Below, piece by piece: positions 39,188-49,191 of a stretch of DNA of 64,000 bases (positions within the stretch are counted from its first letter, which is position 1; each line of letters begins with the position of its first letter). Location: assembly GCA_041242255.1 (NCBI GenBank), contig JBESAV010000001.1, positions 64,001 to 128,000 on the forward strand, written 5' to 3'. The translations under genes and the position numbers were made by a program. Origin of the DNA: Candidatus Altimarinota bacterium (GTDB lineage Bacteria; Patescibacteriota; Gracilibacteria; UBA1369; GCA-2718715). The notes beneath the pieces were generated by a model. It did no database searches. It saw nothing but the letters and a program-made list of their open reading frames with translations, and had not been told where the DNA came from.

Positions 39188-39775
39188 CTACAACCTCTCA
39201 AAAGTAAGATCCACTTCAAAATCATCTCCAGCCATCCACACTAAGCTATCTCCATTACAATCATAATCAACAGCTCTTGAAGTTAAACTATCCAGATCAA
39301 TTCTGTATCCAGCCGCACCTCCTGCTCTACCTTCAACATCAACACTCGCTCCTTTATTAACAATTTGACCATCAGACAATTCATAACCAGCCTCACCAGA
39401 AGCATCAATCTCAACAGGCACAGTTATTCCCATCATAGTAGCAGTTACTTCAAAGTCATTATCTGACATGCTCATAGTTTCTTCATCAAAACTAATAATC
39501 AGATCTCCAGAATCAGTAGAAGTTATCTCACCACCAACCGGACTTCCTTCCATTGCTCCAGCCACCATAGCCTCCAAATATTCACTGAAATTAGTCATCT
39601 TCCAGTCCCCGATCACACAGCTATCTTCTGATACCTCACCTACTTCAGACCCATCTCCACCATCAGTCACAGTCCCAGAAGTCACAACTGTATCACCTTC
39701 AACTGTTGTCTCTAAATCATTTCCACATCCAACAAGAAACAAAGCAATAAGCCCAAAAGCTAAAACCTTTTTCAT
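39188..39775 (-). CDS. Hypothetical lipoprotein
   Basis: LVGC lipobox. Confidence 0.7.
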   Translation of the reverse strand: MKKVLAFGLIALFLVGCGNDLETTVEGDTVVTSGTVTDGGDGSEVGEVSEDSCVIGDWKMTNFSEYLEAMVAGAMEGSPVGGEITSTDSGDLIISFDEETMSMSDNDFEVTATMMGITVPVEIDASGEAGYELSDGQIVNKGASVDVEGRAGGAAGYRIDLDSLTSRAVDYDCNGDSLVWMAGDDFEVDLTFERL

Positions 39776-39841
39776 AATTTAAAAATTAAATACCTTAAAG
39801 GCATTATACACATTAACACTTAAGACAAAAGCCATACCCAA

Positions 39842-40729
39842 TCAAAACTTTAGTACATCATGCACACACAAAGCCTCAGGCTTGTTCCATTTTGAAATAC
39901 CCAACAACCTCGAAGATCTCTGCGTAGTATGAGGAGAAGGGATAGCAATTATCCTTTGATCAACCAAAGCTCTTTCAAAAACTGGAATATCATTTGAACC
40001 ATCTCCAAAGAAAATTAACCTCTCAAAATCACCCTCAATTTCCATTTTCTTATCAATCGCTTTCATTTTATTTACATTCCTTGGGTTAATTGAAACACAA
40101 TGATGACCTTGAAAAGAAAAGAAATAATGACAATCAATTTTATCAGTCATACCCATCATTTTTTCTATAAGTTCCAAAGCTTCATCCTCAGATTCCAAAC
40201 ATGAAAGATATCCCACAAAACATTGTTCAGATCCAACCTTATCAATTCCATAATAATCCTTCGCCATAAAGTAAACCTTTTCACTATTCAAAGACATATA
40301 GTGAGCATCTCTAGTATCAAAAGAATACTTCACATCTAATTCATCCAACAACTCGCATACTAATTTCCTAAACTCACTACACAAACTTCTCTCATAAATA
40401 GCATTCCCATACAAATCTGAAATTATCGCCCCATCAAACATCACATGCCTAGTATTCATAAAGCGTTCTAGTAAAGACTTTTCACCTCTTCCATCAAATG
40501 AATTAACCACCCAATCAACAACAGACCAAGGAGGTCTACCAGTAGCCAAAAAAACTTCCTCCACCCCGCTATCATATAGAAATTTTATAAACTCAACCAA
40601 ATCACCAAAATTATTTTCAGCAGAATGCCCCAACCCTTCAGTCAAAGTACCATCCACATCCAACGCCACTTTCGATCCATTCAATAAATCCACATGACTT
40701 TGAAAGTCTTCTTTTAAACTATTATTCAT
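39842..40729 (-). CDS. HAD (Cof-type) hydrolase
   Basis: DVDGT, ATGR, NK and GDGSND. Confidence 0.88.
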   Translation of the reverse strand: MNNSLKEDFQSHVDLLNGSKVALDVDGTLTEGLGHSAENNFGDLVEFIKFLYDSGVEEVFLATGRPPWSVVDWVVNSFDGRGEKSLLERFMNTRHVMFDGAIISDLYGNAIYERSLCSEFRKLVCELLDELDVKYSFDTRDAHYMSLNSEKVYFMAKDYYGIDKVGSEQCFVGYLSCLESEDEALELIEKMMGMTDKIDCHYFFSFQGHHCVSINPRNVNKMKAIDKKMEIEGDFERLIFFGDGSNDIPVFERALVDQRIIAIPSPHTTQRSSRLLGISKWNKPEALCVHDVLKF

Positions 40730-40738
40730 ATTTTCAAA

Positions 40739-41395
40739 TTAAACTTTCTCAGTAAACAAAACCCTCTTCCTTCCAGCATCATAATCTTCCTGATTCAGAT
40801 CATGTATCGCTCTCATGATAGTTTCATAAGAAAACTCCAAATCCTCCCCAAATTGAGTCCCAGGATCATTTACTACAAACATATCAGTTTCAGGATCATA
40901 ACCTTTCACCACCATCACATGATAATCCGGACCACCTCCAGTGTAATAGGGGTTATTTAACTCTGGTGCGTAAACCGGAATAATAATCGGCCTCATATTT
41001 TCAATCTCTACTTTCATCGCATTCAAACTAGGTGCATCCACAATCTTCCCCCTCCATCCGACATCAAGCTCATCAATAAGCTCAACCATAGTTTCCAAAC
41101 TCTCATCTAAACTCTGATCAATCTCCCGCTCTTTCACATTCAAAATATCTAAAATCTCACTTTTAGCCTCCTCCACATCAATCTCATCATCTCCCTCATA
41201 AAAAGCATCAACCATCAAAATCGATGTTTCTTCACATGCATTCAACCATGGTTCATACCAATTCTTTTCAGGTGCCTGACTAGTAAAAGGAACAGCCAAT
41301 TCCTCCCCATCTAAATCCTTAACACCTTTCTCATATCCTAACACACCCATAACTCCAACTAAACATACAAATCCCAACCGCAAAATATTAACCAT
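40739..41395 (-). CDS. C39-like cysteine peptidase
   Basis: VPFTSQAP, NACEE, YHVMVVKGYD and VNDP. Confidence 0.8.
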   Translation of the reverse strand: MVNILRLGFVCLVGVMGVLGYEKGVKDLDGEELAVPFTSQAPEKNWYEPWLNACEETSILMVDAFYEGDDEIDVEEAKSEILDILNVKEREIDQSLDESLETMVELIDELDVGWRGKIVDAPSLNAMKVEIENMRPIIIPVYAPELNNPYYTGGGPDYHVMVVKGYDPETDMFVVNDPGTQFGEDLEFSYETIMRAIHDLNQEDYDAGRKRVLFTEKV

Positions 41396-41481
41396 ATAAG
41401 TTTTTACTATTTCCTTAAATATAACCTAAAAACAAAGCAACCACAAAGCTTGTAGTTGCTTATTCTAAAATCAAACTAAAT

Positions 41482-41970
41482 TTATCCGCAATTTATACAA
41501 TCAGAAAAATCAATCACACTTAACGCTTCAGAATCAATCAAAGCCTCAAGTTCAATTGGCATAAAAGCTTCAGATCTCTCACAACTATTTTCTTCACAAA
41601 CAAAACCAAGTTCTTCAAGCTCCATTACTGCACCAGCATTTTCACCTTCCATTAAGACAACTCTTAAACCTCCTTCATATGATTGATCAAATCCAGTCTC
41701 AGCCAACCTATCTTCCCCACAATCAATAGCAGTCAACATTTGACCAAGCCTATCACCTTCAACACCAAACCTAGGATTAACCGGATAAATCTCAGATCCC
41801 ATTTCAGACATTTCTGAACCCTGACAATAATCTTTACCATTATCACCCACTACTATCATCTCCTCATCAACTCCTGCTGAACAACCAACCAAAAACATCA
41901 CCACCAAAATCAAAGAAAATTTCTTCATACCAATTATTAAATTAATCAAATCTAGATTACCACAAACCAA
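41482..41970 (-). CDS. Hypothetical lipoprotein
   Basis: MKKFSLILVVMFLVGC; true start likely at this Met. Confidence 0.65.
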   Translation of the reverse strand: MVCGNLDLINLIIGMKKFSLILVVMFLVGCSAGVDEEMIVVGDNGKDYCQGSEMSEMGSEIYPVNPRFGVEGDRLGQMLTAIDCGEDRLAETGFDQSYEGGLRVVLMEGENAGAVMELEELGFVCEENSCERSEAFMPIELEALIDSEALSVIDFSDCINCG

Positions 41971-41989
41971 AACTGAAACTAACCCAACT

Positions 41990-43762
41990 TTACATCACCC
42001 CCTCCAACTCCTCAAATTTCCGGTCAATCTCATCACCCATCTCTTTCACCTTCACCCCAAGCCTCTCTATCTCCTCCACATCCTGATCGGCACAAGCTTT
42101 CGCAAGTTCATCCTCTAGCCGACCCTTCCTTTTCTCAAGTTTATCAATTTCCAACATAATCCTCCTTTGATCTTTCTTTCGAGCTTTCTCCAGTTCAAAC
42201 AATTCCCTCTTACTCAACCCTTCCTCTTCCACCTCTTCTTCCCCAACCTCTTCAATCTCTCCAAGACCCTCGATCAGCTCTCCAGACCACCCGCCTTTCT
42301 CTAAAAACAAATCATAACTACCCTCAAAAACCTCAGCCCCATTCCTATATTGTCTATCAAAAACAACCATCCTATTCACCAACTCTCCAAGCATAGTCTC
42401 ATCATGCGTCACCACAACCACTACACCATCAAAATTCTGCAAGGCCTTACTCAACTCAATACAAGACTCCATATCCAAGTGATTCGTCGGCTCGTCCAAA
42501 AATAGTAAATTACACTTCTGAAGCATAACTTTTGCCATACAAACCCTACTTTTCTCTCCACCAGATAAAACCCTTATCTTCTTATAAACATCATCTCCAC
42601 TAAAAAGCAAAGCCCCACAAACCCTCCGCACCTCTTGCTCAACCACTCCTGGAATATCATGTAACTCCTTCAAAATCGTATTCTCAAAATTCAGACTTTC
42701 AAAAGATTTATTCCCAAAATACCCCATCTTCACACCCTCACTCTTGAATATCTCCCCATCATCAGCCTTCAAAAATCCAGCCATAAGATTCAGCAAAGTC
42801 GACTTCCCCGCTCCATTCCGACCGACAATCCCAATTTTATCACCTAAAACTACATTTAAATTCAAATTCTTAAAAAGCTTATCCTCATACCCAAAACCTA
42901 TACCTTCAAGGTCAAAAATAAAATTCCCATCAATCTCCTCTAAATCAAACCTAAACCTAACATCAGCAATTTTTTTCATTTTCTCTCCAAGATCTTGCTT
43001 TTCCAAAGACTTTATCCTCGACTGAACCAAACCAGCCGACCGAGCTCCAGCCCTAAACTTCCTTATGAACTCCTCAGTTTTCTCCCTCTTTTTCAACATA
43101 TTCTGCCGAGTCCTCTCATAAATCTCCTCATCCATCTTAACTCTCTCCAAAAGCTTCAAAGGACCACCTTCAAGCTTCTTCAACTCCCCTCTCCTGATAA
43201 GCATAGTATGACTCACAACCTTCTCCATAAAAGTACGATCATGAGTAACCAAGACAAATGCCCCTTTCCAATCTTTCAAAAACTCTTCCAACCATTTTAA
43301 AGAAACAATATCCAAATAATTCGTCGGCTCATCCAAAATCAACAAATCCGCCTGACTCACCAAAACCTCAGCCAACCTCAATCTAACCTTATACCCACTC
43401 GACAAAAGGTTTGGATCCATCTCTTTCTGATCAGGCGAAAACCCCAATCCATCCAGTATAGTATGAACCTTCCAAGTATGCCCTTTCTCTATTAAATTCA
43501 AAGACTTTTCGCATTGCTCTAGAGCATTTTCACTCGAAAACTCCAAATTCTGCTCCAAAGACTTAATTATGTAGTTGTCAGGATACTCAACTTTTCCTTC
43601 ATCATACTTCTCTCTACCCAGAATAAGATTCAACAAAGTAGACTTCCCCACCCCATTTCTACCAATCAAACCAACTTTCTCATTTTTACCTACAACAAAA
43701 TCAATACTTTCAAACAAAACTCTCCCTCGATATGACTTTTTCAATCCTGAAACCTTTAACAC
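41990..43762 (-). CDS. ABC-F family ATPase
   Basis: Two Walker A motifs (GRNGVGKS, GRNGAGKS), two LDEPTN motifs, coiled C-terminus, no TM. Confidence 0.93.
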   Translation of the reverse strand: MLKVSGLKKSYRGRVLFESIDFVVGKNEKVGLIGRNGVGKSTLLNLILGREKYDEGKVEYPDNYIIKSLEQNLEFSSENALEQCEKSLNLIEKGHTWKVHTILDGLGFSPDQKEMDPNLLSSGYKVRLRLAEVLVSQADLLILDEPTNYLDIVSLKWLEEFLKDWKGAFVLVTHDRTFMEKVVSHTMLIRRGELKKLEGGPLKLLERVKMDEEIYERTRQNMLKKREKTEEFIRKFRAGARSAGLVQSRIKSLEKQDLGEKMKKIADVRFRFDLEEIDGNFIFDLEGIGFGYEDKLFKNLNLNVVLGDKIGIVGRNGAGKSTLLNLMAGFLKADDGEIFKSEGVKMGYFGNKSFESLNFENTILKELHDIPGVVEQEVRRVCGALLFSGDDVYKKIRVLSGGEKSRVCMAKVMLQKCNLLFLDEPTNHLDMESCIELSKALQNFDGVVVVVTHDETMLGELVNRMVVFDRQYRNGAEVFEGSYDLFLEKGGWSGELIEGLGEIEEVGEEEVEEEGLSKRELFELEKARKKDQRRIMLEIDKLEKRKGRLEDELAKACADQDVEEIERLGVKVKEMGDEIDRKFEELEGVM

Positions 43763-43869
43763 TTGTAATTTTAGATGACAAAATTATAAACCTATTCACC
43801 ACTATTTCCAGCCTAAATGTGTGAACTTAAAGCCAAAAAAAACTAATATACAACAAATAAACCATACAA

Positions 43870-45408
43870 ATGAAAAAGCTATTCCTCAAAAAACAACTCC
43901 AATACATTCTAGTTCTAGCCGCTCTTCCACTTTTGTTTCTCGCACCAAATATGACCCGATTCAGTGGATCAAGCACAATTCACACAGACCTAGAAATAAT
44001 TTCTTCCTTACTTGGATTCTTTATTGGTACACTCGCCCTCATAAGATATTACAGTAAAAAAGACCTCATTTTTCTTTTCGTTGGAAGCGCGTTTCTAGGA
44101 GTTGCAACTTTAGACACATACCACACCATAATGACATCAGGGTATATAGCTCAACTAGAATTCTTTGATCAAGAAGACGTACTTCCTTGGAGCTGGTTTG
44201 CTTCTAGACTGCTTCTATCAGTTATGCTGTACAGTGCCTACAAATACATTGAAAGTAAAAGAAAAGATATATCTGAAAAAAATATTCTTACAACAGTAGC
44301 CCTTTTCACGCTCATATGTTTCACAAGCTTTACTTTTTTACCTTTACCACCAGCATACTTTGACTTAAGCATTGGTAGACCTGAAGAACTCATCCCAGCC
44401 TTTTTCTTCCTTCTAGCGAGTATAGGTTTTTACAGACTCAAAAACTGGCAATATAGTACCTTCCACCATTTCTTAATACTTGGACTCATCACAAGTCTTG
44501 TTTCTCAATCAGTTTTCATGGCAACTTCACAACAACTTTATGATTACCCTTTCCAAGTAGCTCATCTTTTCAAAATATTTAGTTATCTCTTTATCCTCAC
44601 TGGCTTACTTATAAACACATTTAGCCTCTTCACTATAGGAGAATCAAACCGAATCTCCTCTGAAAGAAGTCAAAAAGACAACATTAACAAAGGTAATAAA
44701 ATCAAACACCTAAAAGAAGAATTCATTTTCATAGCCGCACACGAGATTAAAGGACCAGTCACAGCAATCCAATGGAACTTAGACACACTCAAAGAAAACC
44801 TAATCAAAGACAAATCAAGACCAGACAACCTAAAACTCATCAAAGAAATAGAAAGCTCCAATTCAAACTTAATAAATCTAGTCAACAACCTACTAAACAT
44901 CACCAACCTTGAATTTCAAAAGCTCAACATGAAACTCGAACCACAAGAAACACATAAACTCATAAAAGAAGCCATCAAAAGAAACCAACACCATCAAGAC
45001 AACTACAAAGTAAATGTAATAAACCTAACCAACATCAAAACACCATCAGTACTTGCCGACCAACATAAACTTAAAGATATTCTATACAATGTCATTGGTA
45101 ACGGTATCAAGTACAACAAAAAGAATGGTGAACTTCTCATAAGTGCTGAACAAGACGGTGACTTCCTTCATTTATTCTTCAAAGACACTGGAATGGGTAT
45201 TGCAGAAAATGAATTAGAAAAAATTTTCCAAAAGTTCTATCGATCAGAAAGAGCCAAAGAAAAGAAAGTTAAAGGAACAGGCCTTGGACTCTTCATATCA
45301 CAAAAAATCATAGAAAAAATGAATGGTAGCATGTGGGCCGAAAGCGAAGGACCAAACAAAGGATCTACCATTCATATAAAACTACCTTTAGCAAAAACTA
45401 GCGAGTAA
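43870..45408 (+). CDS. Membrane (MASE3-like) sensor histidine kinase
   Basis: Multi-TM N-terminus; AHEIKGP H-box, NGIKY, DTGMG and GTGLGL. Confidence 0.9.
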   Translation: MKKLFLKKQLQYILVLAALPLLFLAPNMTRFSGSSTIHTDLEIISSLLGFFIGTLALIRYYSKKDLIFLFVGSAFLGVATLDTYHTIMTSGYIAQLEFFDQEDVLPWSWFASRLLLSVMLYSAYKYIESKRKDISEKNILTTVALFTLICFTSFTFLPLPPAYFDLSIGRPEELIPAFFFLLASIGFYRLKNWQYSTFHHFLILGLITSLVSQSVFMATSQQLYDYPFQVAHLFKIFSYLFILTGLLINTFSLFTIGESNRISSERSQKDNINKGNKIKHLKEEFIFIAAHEIKGPVTAIQWNLDTLKENLIKDKSRPDNLKLIKEIESSNSNLINLVNNLLNITNLEFQKLNMKLEPQETHKLIKEAIKRNQHHQDNYKVNVINLTNIKTPSVLADQHKLKDILYNVIGNGIKYNKKNGELLISAEQDGDFLHLFFKDTGMGIAENELEKIFQKFYRSERAKEKKVKGTGLGLFISQKIIEKMNGSMWAESEGPNKGSTIHIKLPLAKTSE

Positions 45409-45844
45409 CACTTATATCTGCAAAAAGTTGAGCATTCGGAGCCTCTACAGTAACTCTATCATCACTATCTATTGAGATATTATATTGAAGGTTATAATCA
45501 TTACATGAAGTAAAGTATGCATCAGGGTCACTACTATCAAACGGCAAGGCCGCAATAAAATCTGGAACCAAATCATCACAAATATCTACATCATTAGAAG
45601 TAACTCCCATATTTTTTGGGATAGTATTGAAATTAGACTCCTCAGATACAGGAATTGCACCTTCGTTCTCAATTATATACTCACTCACAGCATTCAAAAT
45701 ACTATTCACATGAGCGCTTCTGCGAGTGTTATTTGTAAGTGCAACTTGTCTAGCTGGATTGATAGCAACCAATACAATAGTAGTAAGAATAGCAATAATA
45801 ATCACAACCAAAAGCATTTCCACCAAGGTAAAACCCTTTTTCAT
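45398..45844 (-). CDS. Type IV pilin (paralog 2)
   Basis: MKKG|FTLVEMLLVV class III signal. Confidence 0.9.
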   Translation of the reverse strand: MKKGFTLVEMLLVVIIIAILTTIVLVAINPARQVALTNNTRRSAHVNSILNAVSEYIIENEGAIPVSEESNFNTIPKNMGVTSNDVDICDDLVPDFIAALPFDSSDPDAYFTSCNDYNLQYNISIDSDDRVTVEAPNAQLFADISVTR

Positions 45845-45967
45845 AATGAATAAATTAAATTTAACAAAAAAATCATATCAAAATAGCCTCTCAAACACAC
45901 CAATTCAACTTGCCAAAACAAAAAGGCTCCATCTTAAAATGAAGCCTTCCAAAATATCCAATAAGTA

Positions 45968-46414
45968 CTATCGACTTACAGAAATAGTCTCACTAAGTTG
46001 CGCATTTGGAGCAGAAACAGTCACACGACCATTCGCATCAACTGCAACATTATACTGTAAATCATAGTCAGTACAGTCCGTATAAGCCGCACCAGTTGCA
46101 GAAGGATCGAAAGGTAAAGCCGCAAGATAAGTTGGTACTAAATCAGTACAAATCTCAACATCAGTAGCCGCAGAACCCATATTTGTTGCAGTAGTACTCA
46201 ACGCTACCTCAGTAGAAGTAGGTAAGTTACCTCCATTATCCACAGAGTACTCACTTATTGCATTCAAGATAGTAGTCACATCAGCTCTTCTTTGAGTGTT
46301 GTTAGCTTGTGCAACCTGTCTAGCTGGATTAATAGCAACTAAAACAATCGCAGTAAGTACCGCAATAATCACAATCACCAATAAAACCTCAACTAAAGTA
46401 AAACCTTTTTTCAT
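45968..46414 (-). CDS. Type IV pilin (paralog 1, probably the major pilin)
   Basis: MKKG|FTLVEVLLVI; own downstream hairpin near 45922-45947. Confidence 0.9.
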   Translation of the reverse strand: MKKGFTLVEVLLVIVIIAVLTAIVLVAINPARQVAQANNTQRRADVTTILNAISEYSVDNGGNLPTSTEVALSTTATNMGSAATDVEICTDLVPTYLAALPFDPSATGAAYTDCTDYDLQYNVAVDANGRVTVSAPNAQLSETISVSR

Positions 46415-46480
46415 ATTTAATTGTTATTTATAAAAACCGCCACAATAGTATCAAAATACACTTAAATCCAAAGCCAAGAG

Positions 46481-46870
46481 CTAATTTACTTCTTGCCAAG
46501 AACTTACATTTATAGTTGGCGTAACCTGATCCACCTGAATATCTAACCTAGAGTAGTACTCATTCACATGTGCCTCTACATCAATATCCCTTCCTAATCC
46601 ATCAATACTAACAGTATACTGACAAGTCCCATCTCCAATATTCTCAACCGTCGTTCCGGTGTACAAAACACTATCTTTTATCTCTTGCAGGGCTAATTCT
46701 CCACAAGCATTAGCTAAGCTTCTAGACTTGGCAGAGAAAATCAACGCATCATTATTCTGAACTGACATGATTCCCATGGTCATAGTTGCCAAAGCAATCA
46801 CCCCACCAACAACTGTAAAGACCAACACACTGATCAACATCACATAACCTCTTTTATTTTTCATAATCAA
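46481..46870 (-). CDS. PilX-like minor pilin
   Basis: KRG|YVMLISVL lacking Glu5; ends SWQEV. Confidence 0.7.
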   Translation of the reverse strand: MIMKNKRGYVMLISVLVFTVVGGVIALATMTMGIMSVQNNDALIFSAKSRSLANACGELALQEIKDSVLYTGTTVENIGDGTCQYTVSIDGLGRDIDVEAHVNEYYSRLDIQVDQVTPTINVSSWQEVN

Positions 46871-47373
46871 CTTTTCTTAATTACTGCTGTCATATAGAAA
46901 TCCTGCACATAGTCAAAACTAGCTCTGCCAGATTGATTATCATACTCTAAAGTAAATTCTACCCTAACAGCACCAGGAGTATCAGCTTTAGTTACATTTC
47001 TAAAATTCAAACTTGTAACATTAACCCTATCATTCAGAAGCTGAACTACAGCACTAGCCCCACGAGTAACCTCTACATTTGTCCCACTTAAGCTTACAAT
47101 TGTAGGGTCATCTACTCCACTTAAAACATCTAAACTAAGGCTTGTTCCAGAAGAACCAACCCCAGGGGAATTAATCCCATCTGCATTTCTAATTTCTCTT
47201 CCCAAAAAACCAGTCAAAAAACGAGCCTGCTCTTCAACTTCCAAAATTATCTGATTCTGAAGCCTTGCCTCTAAAACATAAGGAACTACACCACCAATAC
47301 CAACCAAAATAATTGATGTCAAAGTCACATAAAGAATCAATTCTATAAGTGTAAAAGCTTTTTTATTCATCAT
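46867..47373 (-). CDS. PilW-like minor pilin
   Basis: KKA|FTLIELILY. Confidence 0.8.
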   Translation of the reverse strand: MMNKKAFTLIELILYVTLTSIILVGIGGVVPYVLEARLQNQIILEVEEQARFLTGFLGREIRNADGINSPGVGSSGTSLSLDVLSGVDDPTIVSLSGTNVEVTRGASAVVQLLNDRVNVTSLNFRNVTKADTPGAVRVEFTLEYDNQSGRASFDYVQDFYMTAVIKKS

Positions 47374-48758
47374 GATGGCTGAAGGATTATTAATTCTAAA
47401 GAGTTATCCTCAGTAATCGCATAAAACCTATCCGTAGTCGGATCGTAGTATACACCATTTACATCACTAGACGCATCATATGTTCCTAAGATTGAAGGAC
47501 TAGATAAGTTACTAATATCAAGAATATATAACTCAGAGTCATTTTGATCAGTTCCTACAAACAAGTAAGTATTATTATTTCCTGCATCCATATCATTAAT
47601 ATCATCTCCGATATTTATAACACTCAAAAGAATAGGGTTATTAAAATCACTATAATCACTAATCCAAACATCTCCATCAGCTCTACCAACAATCACAATA
47701 TTATCAAAAACTTCAACTACATGCCCATCCTCGTTACCCGTGTAGTTGTACTCATCAACCTCACTTATGTTACTAGGGTCAGTAACATCCAAAATAGTAA
47801 GCTCAGCCGAATTAGAATTAGACGTAATGTAAGCATATCCAACTAAAACCTCTACATCATCAGAGCTACCACTCAAATTAAAAGCATCAAGCTCAGTGAT
47901 ATTTGTGGGGTCAGATATATCCACCGCTACAAACTGATCAGATCCACCATCTCTAACAACATAAAGCACATCTCCAACTAAATCTAAAGCTACTGCATTG
48001 TCATTCCCTGATAAATTTAATGAGTCCACCAATATAGGTAAAAGCGGATTAGATATATTGTAGACAGCAACCTCTGCATTATTGGTACTTGAAGCAATAT
48101 ACGCATAATTACCTGAAACTCTAATATCGCGTAAACTACCACTAACTGCAGTATTAGAAACAATCAGAGGAACAGAAGTAGTACTTACATCAACTATCAC
48201 AAAATCAGGACTACCATTTTGCCTAACTATATATGCATAACCACCAGAGACTTGGATCTTCCATCCACTTCCTGACCCAGCAAGATTAAGGTTCGATTCA
48301 ACCAAAGGATTTGACCAATCTCCAACTAAAGACTCTACCATCCAATTCGTAAGAACCGTAAACAACTGTACCTCACCATTTCTTTGTAAATTCTGACTCC
48401 AGGTAACAGTTGAGGTTGCTTCAAAAGTACTTCCATTCAACTGAAGTAAGCTTATTTCTCTCTGAAACCCATCTGTTGTATCACTAGAACCTAAGAAAAC
48501 CCACTCACCAGTCGTTTCATCTAAACCATAAGTTCCATCTACCAATGAAGCAAAATCATTATCTCTTATGTTCCTTAAGGCTTCTAAACCTTCTTCAGCT
48601 AAAAGAGTAGCTCTTATACGCTGCCCAGATAAGGAAATACTTTCAAGACCATAAAACAATGAAGTCGAAATACTAAAAACAACAATGGAAAAAACAGTCA
48701 TAGCCAAAATCAACTCTACCAAACTTGCTCCTGATCTATGTACTATTTTCTTATACAT
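47370..48758 (-). CDS. PilV-like minor pilin with C-terminal LVIVD-repeat beta-propeller
   Basis: SG|ASLVELIL; repeated YAYI and xVDxSxP units. Confidence 0.8.
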   Translation of the reverse strand: MYKKIVHRSGASLVELILAMTVFSIVVFSISTSLFYGLESISLSGQRIRATLLAEEGLEALRNIRDNDFASLVDGTYGLDETTGEWVFLGSSDTTDGFQREISLLQLNGSTFEATSTVTWSQNLQRNGEVQLFTVLTNWMVESLVGDWSNPLVESNLNLAGSGSGWKIQVSGGYAYIVRQNGSPDFVIVDVSTTSVPLIVSNTAVSGSLRDIRVSGNYAYIASSTNNAEVAVYNISNPLLPILVDSLNLSGNDNAVALDLVGDVLYVVRDGGSDQFVAVDISDPTNITELDAFNLSGSSDDVEVLVGYAYITSNSNSAELTILDVTDPSNISEVDEYNYTGNEDGHVVEVFDNIVIVGRADGDVWISDYSDFNNPILLSVINIGDDINDMDAGNNNTYLFVGTDQNDSELYILDISNLSSPSILGTYDASSDVNGVYYDPTTDRFYAITEDNSLELIILQPS

Positions 48759-48759
48759 A

Positions 48760-49191
48760 TTAATATATTACTGCTCCTTCAGAATTCAAACTGATAGTCT
48801 CACTACCGAAAGTATTGGCTAAGTTTATTGTTCCTGTCACATCAGGCTCACCAGATAATTCTGAAAAAACAACCTCAGTCAAACCTGAAACATTTATTTG
48901 TTCATTAAACATATATTCCTCATCCAGACTAACATCACGAGTCACATAATCAGAACCAGCAAACACCACAACTTTATCGGTATCTATATATACTCCCCAA
49001 GCTGAATCCTCTGACTTACTTTCAGCAAGTAACTGAGCTCTTCTTAAGCTATGAGCAACCTTATCAACTGATTCATTCAATTCAGTTGAGCCAACCAAAG
49101 AACTAAATACTGGCACAGAAAAAGCAGTAATAACCGATATCAAAACAACCACCAAAAGTATCTCTATAAGAGTAAAACCTTTTTTAATCAT
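48760..49191 (-). CDS. FimT/GspH-like minor pilin
   Basis: KKG|FTLIEILLV; LRRAQ; FSELSG. Confidence 0.8.
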   Translation of the reverse strand: MIKKGFTLIEILLVVVLISVITAFSVPVFSSLVGSTELNESVDKVAHSLRRAQLLAESKSEDSAWGVYIDTDKVVVFAGSDYVTRDVSLDEEYMFNEQINVSGLTEVVFSELSGEPDVTGTINLANTFGSETISLNSEGAVIY

